Source: a virus (Duplodnaviria; Caudoviricetes). Taken from it: 29,863 bases of DNA. Numbering within the stretch: the stretch's first letter is position 1; every line of letters starts with the position of its first letter. The translations under genes were made by a program, and so were the position numbers. The stretch is taken from the IMG/VR virus record IMGVR_UViG_3300034106_006572, positions 1 to 29,863 of that record; one strand, written 5' to 3'. A model generated the notes under the pieces. That model saw only the letters and a program-made list of their open reading frames with translations, was not told the DNA's origin and searched no databases. Shown in pieces: positions 24,851 through 29,863 of this stretch.

Positions 24851-26362
24851 TTAATTACACAATGCAACTGTGTTTCCGGTATCGTCGCAATATAACGCTT
24901 TTGTAACTATTGCGGCAGCCTTTTCTGCTATTTCTGTGCAGCCTTTTCTTACGTCGCCATTCTCGGTTGTTCCCGACGCTGTTGCCGTTACAGTTGTGGG
25001 GCCAGCGCTAGTAAATTCAAGCCGGAACTTAATTGAGGCTGAATTTCCCGCGTCCACGTCACCCAGGCTGGCTGTAAAGTTTGGATATCCGCCGTCCAGC
25101 GCGAAAAAGCCCGTGGTCGACGCGCTTGTGTAACCGCACACGGTATCGGCAGAATTTCCGTTGTCTGTTGTAAAGTTAATATTTAACGACACATTTTTTG
25201 CGCAATCGTCGCAGTTATTGCAGTACTGCACTATAACGTCTATGAACGGACACCGCTGCGCCGTCATGCAAACTTTAATCGGGTCACGCAAACGACAATC
25301 TCTTTGCGCCGTCCACCGGTCAATGTTTTCTTCATAGCCCAGCAGTGCGCTATGCGCGGACATACCGACCTGCTTGTACCGATCGCGAATGGTGTTCATG
25401 TACAGCGCGGTGTCGACGTAATCTTGGCAGGTGCAGCACGCCGGACAGTTGCTGCCGATTTGATGCCCAACCGAGTCTGCGATTAGTTGAGGATTAACAA
25501 CGTCGTTTCCTGCAACAATAGAAAATGTTGTAGGTATTTTTGTCCACAAGCAGGCAAGCGGCGTTATCGCGATATCTGGCCCAGTCGCGCCGTTGATTTT
25601 GTAATAAACTTGCGGCTTCTCTTCGCAATTTGAATATTTGCCCAAACCAGCGCCAGGCACTGCGTTAAACGTGACTTGTTTAAAAGCGCGCACGCCACGC
25701 GTCTGCGCGTCCGAGGCAGCAAGTTCTGTGTTATAGCCGGCTACAAAATTAACGGCGCTTTGTTTTATAACCGTCGTACCGTTTTTGGATCTAAACGACA
25801 GAACGCGTTTCGGCATTCTGTAGACAGCGCGCTCGTCAATAACAGCTTTCAAAGGCTCGAAGTTATTCGAATAATTTCGTTGTGCGTCTTCGTCTAAATC
25901 ATTTGCAGACGTCGGCCATGTTTGATACGCGACCACCCGACAAACAACTTTATCGCTAATCCACTCATACACGCGGTAGTCGTGCGTATTTGGACACGCG
26001 TTTGTTTTTTTCAGGCCCCAGCACCACGTGTCAAACGATGTGACAGGAAAGGCAGCCAACAAGTTTGCTGAGTCAAATACTGTGCGACCAATTGCGTCAA
26101 CAATTAGTATGTCGGCCGCGTGCGCGTATACTGCCGACCAGAATGGCTTAGCCGCGGCATCACACCCGAAGCCGTATAACCCAGCTATGCGTAATGGATG
26201 CCGAATATTGTCTGCGCCGTCGTACGCCAAATAAAAGTCCGCCAGCAGATATTTAATATCGGCGGACGGTTGTACAAGCGGATAATCAAGTCCGCTTTGC
26301 GGCTGGTTTAGACCGAGTCCGCGGCGTCCAAACGGCGAATATTGAAAATCGTTGCATGCCAT
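24851..26362 (-). CDS. Putative structural protein, Cys-rich paralogue
   Basis: 503 aa; LDYPL, YKING and CPACCTC followed by a probable helical segment. Confidence 0.8.
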   Translation of the reverse strand: MACNDFQYSPFGRRGLGLNQPQSGLDYPLVQPSADIKYLLADFYLAYDGADNIRHPLRIAGLYGFGCDAAAKPFWSAVYAHAADILIVDAIGRTVFDSANLLAAFPVTSFDTWCWGLKKTNACPNTHDYRVYEWISDKVVCRVVAYQTWPTSANDLDEDAQRNYSNNFEPLKAVIDERAVYRMPKRVLSFRSKNGTTVIKQSAVNFVAGYNTELAASDAQTRGVRAFKQVTFNAVPGAGLGKYSNCEEKPQVYYKINGATGPDIAITPLACLWTKIPTTFSIVAGNDVVNPQLIADSVGHQIGSNCPACCTCQDYVDTALYMNTIRDRYKQVGMSAHSALLGYEENIDRWTAQRDCRLRDPIKVCMTAQRCPFIDVIVQYCNNCDDCAKNVSLNINFTTDNGNSADTVCGYTSASTTGFFALDGGYPNFTASLGDVDAGNSASIKFRLEFTSAGPTTVTATASGTTENGDVRKGCTEIAEKAAAIVTKALYCDDTGNTVALCN

Positions 26363-26365
26363 TTG

Positions 26366-27316
26366 TTAGCCACATGTGTTACAGCCGGCGTCGCCCAGGC
26401 GGCTTCCAAGCACGACAAGATTCATTTGCGTTACTTCAGAGCTTAGTCGCGATACAAAATTTTGTAGCGTAGCAACGCCATCGCTAAATCTGTCTAGTTG
26501 CATTCGCAGCGCGTCTAATTCTGCGCAGCCGCAGCAGGGAAGAGCGCACACGTCCTCAAGTTTTATTCCCGTGTTTGTTGCCGATACTGATATGCATTCA
26601 TTTCCGCCGAAATTGAAATTGCCGTCATCGGAGCACACGCCATTAATGCAGCGTATGCATTCGCCGGTTTCGGGAATATCGCAATCGCACGCGGCATTTA
26701 AATCAACATTTGAAAGCGCGTTGAACACTATTTGTGGCGTGCCGCCGGTAGTCACAAAATCAATGCGCGTATTCGTGCCGGCGACGAGCTCGATATCGCC
26801 GTATATGTTGGCGCTTATTTCCGTGCCGTTTACAACACGTACTGCCGATATGCCGCGGATCATTGGCCGTATAGCGTCCGGCTCAATTTCACCGCCGGCG
26901 AAATTAAACGTATACAACCCCTGCGGCAGAAGATTGATTTCGTCTAAACGGCCAATAACGATTTGGCCAATAGAGTCAGAGAAGTCGTTGACGCCACCAA
27001 GCGCATATGCCGTGTTTGGCACATGAATCGCGATCGGTATGCTGGCGGTCGCGACGAGGACTTGAGTATTTGTTTCCGTGTCGTTGTATCCGACTGCAAC
27101 GGTATATCCGGTAGGCGATAGCAATACGGTCTGAATGTAAAACTGGTCTATTTGAACAGCTAAACCAGAATGCACCGGAAAATACAACGCGACAATAAAG
27201 CTATCCGGTATACGGATCGTGCCTGTTGTATCTGTCTTTGTTGCGCGTTCAGTGAGCGGATACGAGCGCTGCGAATTGTGGTTAAGCCACTGTAAATTCC
27301 ATAGCCCCAAACTCAT
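26366..27316 (-). CDS. Putative structural protein, 'R.YP / ING' paralogue
   Basis: 316 aa; WLNHNSQRSYPL, IRCINGVCSDDGNF and PCCGC plus a heptad-like coiled coil; GGAGG RBS. Confidence 0.8.
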   Translation of the reverse strand: MSLGLWNLQWLNHNSQRSYPLTERATKTDTTGTIRIPDSFIVALYFPVHSGLAVQIDQFYIQTVLLSPTGYTVAVGYNDTETNTQVLVATASIPIAIHVPNTAYALGGVNDFSDSIGQIVIGRLDEINLLPQGLYTFNFAGGEIEPDAIRPMIRGISAVRVVNGTEISANIYGDIELVAGTNTRIDFVTTGGTPQIVFNALSNVDLNAACDCDIPETGECIRCINGVCSDDGNFNFGGNECISVSATNTGIKLEDVCALPCCGCAELDALRMQLDRFSDGVATLQNFVSRLSSEVTQMNLVVLGSRLGDAGCNTCG

Positions 27317-28047
27317 TGTACGGCCCTCCGCTTGCGATAATAATTCGCAAGTTTGACGCGACTACAATCGCGACAGTAGGGCGCGTAACCATACGACTGT
27401 TGTCTGTCGTTGTGGAATTCTTTCCGATGTTTGTAGCGCAGACATTTTGAGCACCAGACTTGTTCATTTTTGATTTTTTGCGGCCGGGCGGCAGGTAGTT
27501 TTGCCGCACGCGCTAACCACGCCGCTCTCGTCATAGTGGCTGGCCGGCACTCCCAGCGCCGATGGTGGCGCGCTTTGCCGTGCGCTACCCGGTGCATAGC
27601 CGAGTTGGTTAGCCCGTGTTCCGAACAAAATCTGTTTAAATTTGTGATTGTTTTTTCTTGTCCGCCGGGTTTACGCACAATAAACGTTTTAGATTTGGCG
27701 CGCAGAATAGCCGCCTTACAGCGCGCTGATTGCGGCACACCAAGCGTGGATCCGGCTACTGGCGCGACGTTGTAGCCGTATTGCGCGTCCGCGGCATTTA
27801 GCGCATCAATCCAGTATTGTTCGCGCGCAATAAGATCTGGCTTAGCGCAGTTTTCAATTGTTTTACATTCAAACGCATTTTCGCCGTATTTATTCCATGC
27901 CGCCTGCAGGTATCGGTTGTGGTGCGTGTTTTTGCGTAACGACGGCAAATGCCGGGAACGCCACCGCTTATACAAATTAACCGCGCTGCCAATATACAAT
28001 TTGCCGTTAATTTTGCATGTAATTTTGTAAATGCCCGATTCTTTCAT
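27313..28047 (-). CDS. Free-standing GIY-YIG homing endonuclease
   Basis: SGIYKI-x8-YIGSA...R...HHNRYLQAAWNKYG...REQYWID...GYN; C-terminal CSKC...YCRDC Zn-ribbon. Confidence 0.92.
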   Translation of the reverse strand: MKESGIYKITCKINGKLYIGSAVNLYKRWRSRHLPSLRKNTHHNRYLQAAWNKYGENAFECKTIENCAKPDLIAREQYWIDALNAADAQYGYNVAPVAGSTLGVPQSARCKAAILRAKSKTFIVRKPGGQEKTITNLNRFCSEHGLTNSAMHRVAHGKARHHRRWECRPATMTRAAWLARAAKLPAARPQKIKNEQVWCSKCLRYKHRKEFHNDRQQSYGYAPYCRDCSRVKLANYYRKRRAVQ

Positions 28048-28061
28048 GGCAACGCGTCCTT

Positions 28062-29863
28062 TTACGAGGAGGTGACGATGCCAGCCATCCGTAGCATGCC
28101 GAGTTCCGCCGCATACGAATCGCCGGCGAGTTTCCTGCGCAATGTTACAAGCACAGTGTCGCCTTCTTCGATTGCAAACGCAGCGCTTTTTACTTCTACA
28201 ATGCTATCTGCCGTAACAGCGATATTTGACGCGAACGTCAGTGCCGGTGAAACGTCTGTAGTGGGCAGTGCGACTGTTGCCGGCGTAAGCGATCCACCCG
28301 GCGGCGCCATTGGTCTCGGAATGCGCCGATAGGTAACCTCGAGCGCCGGTAATGTGCCAACGCCGCGGCCAAACAATTGCACGCAAATTTGCATTGTCAA
28401 ACCCGAGCCTAGGCCAGCATTCGGCACATTTAGCCGCACGCGGACCAGCGAATCCTGGCCCTGCGGAAACCCAAGATACGGCACATCGCGATACAGGCGC
28501 TCGACCACGTCGCTTAAACGAATAATCTGCGGAGATATCTCGCGTTCAACCAGCGCGTCGTTAAACGTGATTTTGACAAGACCCTGATGCGCCACAGCGG
28601 GTTGATTCGTCGGCAAGCCTAATCCTGTTTTTTCAGCTGTCGTCAGTGTGCGCGAATATGTGGACGTCGGTGACTTAAAGCTGCTAATAACAATCGGCGC
28701 CGAACCGCTGACGATACCTTCAGTAACCCAGCCCTGCCGTAAATAAAATCCGTCTTCAACTTGTTTGAGCACTAAACCGCCATCTAGCACAGGCGGGCGA
28801 ATAGCTAAATTCAAATCCAGATTGAGTTCGAGGTCGCCGGTTTTGGCCGGAAGACCGTCGCAGTTTGTAACGCGAATCGGGCTACCGGGGCCAGCTTCTA
28901 AACTTGTAACGACGTTTCTATCGTTACCGAATACCATACGCAGAAATACGACGATTACGCGCATGCGTTCTTCGCGCGGGCATTCTGGCTGGCTGCTGCC
29001 GCTCGAAGACGACGAAGACGACGAAGAAGAACTAGATGAGCTGCTGACGCCGCCAACCCACGGAACATCGCCGACGCAGTTACTCATCCACCAAATGCCG
29101 TTGGCGTCGCAAACAGCCAAGCCGTCGCGCCCGAGCGGAATTTCTGTGGCGCCGACAAGATTAGCGCCTTTGTCCCATAGCATGGCTACAGCCGAAACAG
29201 GGATCGGCGGCCACACGCGCGAAACAGCTAAGTGCGCTTTTAAGTTGTAACCGAACACTGCGCCCGCCGGAGCTTTGCCATTAAAGCTCTCGTGATTTGC
29301 CGGCAGCCAGCCTTGCAGCGTGTCGTCCGCGCTCGATATCGTGACGCGCCCATTTGCTTGTGTCAGCGTGCCAGCCGCTCGCGGCACGAGCTCGAAACGA
29401 TAATGAATATGGTCTTCGAGGAAGTCGCGTACCTGCGGCATTACGACAATCCACGGATCCGCGGCGCAGTTATCCTTGGGGCCCTGCAGATAGCACACCG
29501 ACACTGTAGCTGGCGGTCGTTGCTTTGTTAGTTTGCCAGGCGTTTCAGACGACAAGTAGTACCGGCCTGCAGCAGCGTTTGGCCCAACAGCATTTGTAAT
29601 GGCGGGCAGCTTTACAATACCGCGCAAGACAACGTCGCCGAGCGTGGCCGACTTTTTCTTGTATAAAAGACCGAGGCAATCAGAGGACGGCTGCACAACA
29701 AGCGTCTGCGTGACGTCGTCGTTCTCTACTGCGGCCAGCGCTTTCTCGTAGCGCTGTGTCTGGTGATTCCAGAAAACAGGCTGACCCTCGAGCAGATCCG
29801 GCGAGATTGTGGCGTCGACATCAAAGAGCGCTTGACCGAGGGCAGCCGCATCCAGCCTATCTT
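28062..29863 (-). CDS. Putative virion structural protein, 5'-truncated by the window edge, with internal Ser linker
   Basis: The frame is open from 29696 to the window end (DRLDAAALGQALFD...GQPVFWN...). GQPVFW...YYLSSETPGKLT resembles phage capsid-cement/fibre-base domains. Ser tract at about 28991-29047. Confidence 0.75.
   Translation of the reverse strand, partial: DRLDAAALGQALFDVDATISPDLLEGQPVFWNHQTQRYEKALAAVENDDVTQTLVVQPSSDCLGLLYKKKSATLGDVVLRGIVKLPAITNAVGPNAAAGRYYLSSETPGKLTKQRPPATVSVCYLQGPKDNCAADPWIVVMPQVRDFLEDHIHYRFELVPRAAGTLTQANGRVTISSADDTLQGWLPANHESFNGKAPAGAVFGYNLKAHLAVSRVWPPIPVSAVAMLWDKGANLVGATEIPLGRDGLAVCDANGIWWMSNCVGDVPWVGGVSSSSSSSSSSSSSSSGSSQPECPREERMRVIVVFLRMVFGNDRNVVTSLEAGPGSPIRVTNCDGLPAKTGDLELNLDLNLAIRPPVLDGGLVLKQVEDGFYLRQGWVTEGIVSGSAPIVISSFKSPTSTYSRTLTTAEKTGLGLPTNQPAVAHQGLVKITFNDALVEREISPQIIRLSDVVERLYRDVPYLGFPQGQDSLVRVRLNVPNAGLGSGLTMQICVQLFGRGVGTLPALEVTYRRIPRPMAPPGGSLTPATVALPTTDVSPALTFASNIAVTADSIVEVKSAAFAIEEGDTVLVTLRRKLAGDSYAAELGMLRMAGIVTSS

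Noticed and set aside
27280-28070. Group I intron housing the GIY-YIG gene
   Set aside because: The flanking genes have their own stop and start/RBS, and there is no non-coding space for an intron core.
1-29863. Stop-codon reassignment as seen in some large phages
   Set aside because: Long genes tile densely in the standard code, and TAA, TGA and TAG all end plausible genes (e.g. csrA ends in TAG).

Overview
This window is a gene-dense segment of a large tailed dsDNA phage genome, read in the standard genetic code and mostly on the minus strand. The left part has a GpA-like terminase large subunit (+), a minus-strand run of small genes (DUF4314-like, GNAT-like, several hypotheticals), tRNA-Thr(UGU), a highly acidic protein and an 876-aa primase/helicase-like protein that appears to lack catalytic motifs. 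The middle has a KxA-motif-rich protein, a phage-encoded CsrA and several hypotheticals. The right part (12-30 kb) is a probable virion/tail module: a 2225-aa protein with about 118 Cys and a 208-codon polyserine tract, five tandem genes sharing 'R.YP(L/F)' and 'I..ING' motifs, a free-standing GIY-YIG endonuclease and a 5'-truncated structural gene. The most interesting signals are (i) GGA-in-loop hairpins at the ribosome-binding sites of csrA and several other genes, suggesting a phage CsrA translational regulon, (ii) the Cys-rich, polyserine-jointed modular structural proteins, (iii) strong KxA enrichment in one protein, (iv) divergent gene pairs sharing a CATG start palindrome and (v) a long intergenic RNA-like hairpin. 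All family calls come from motif recognition by eye; no database search was run.
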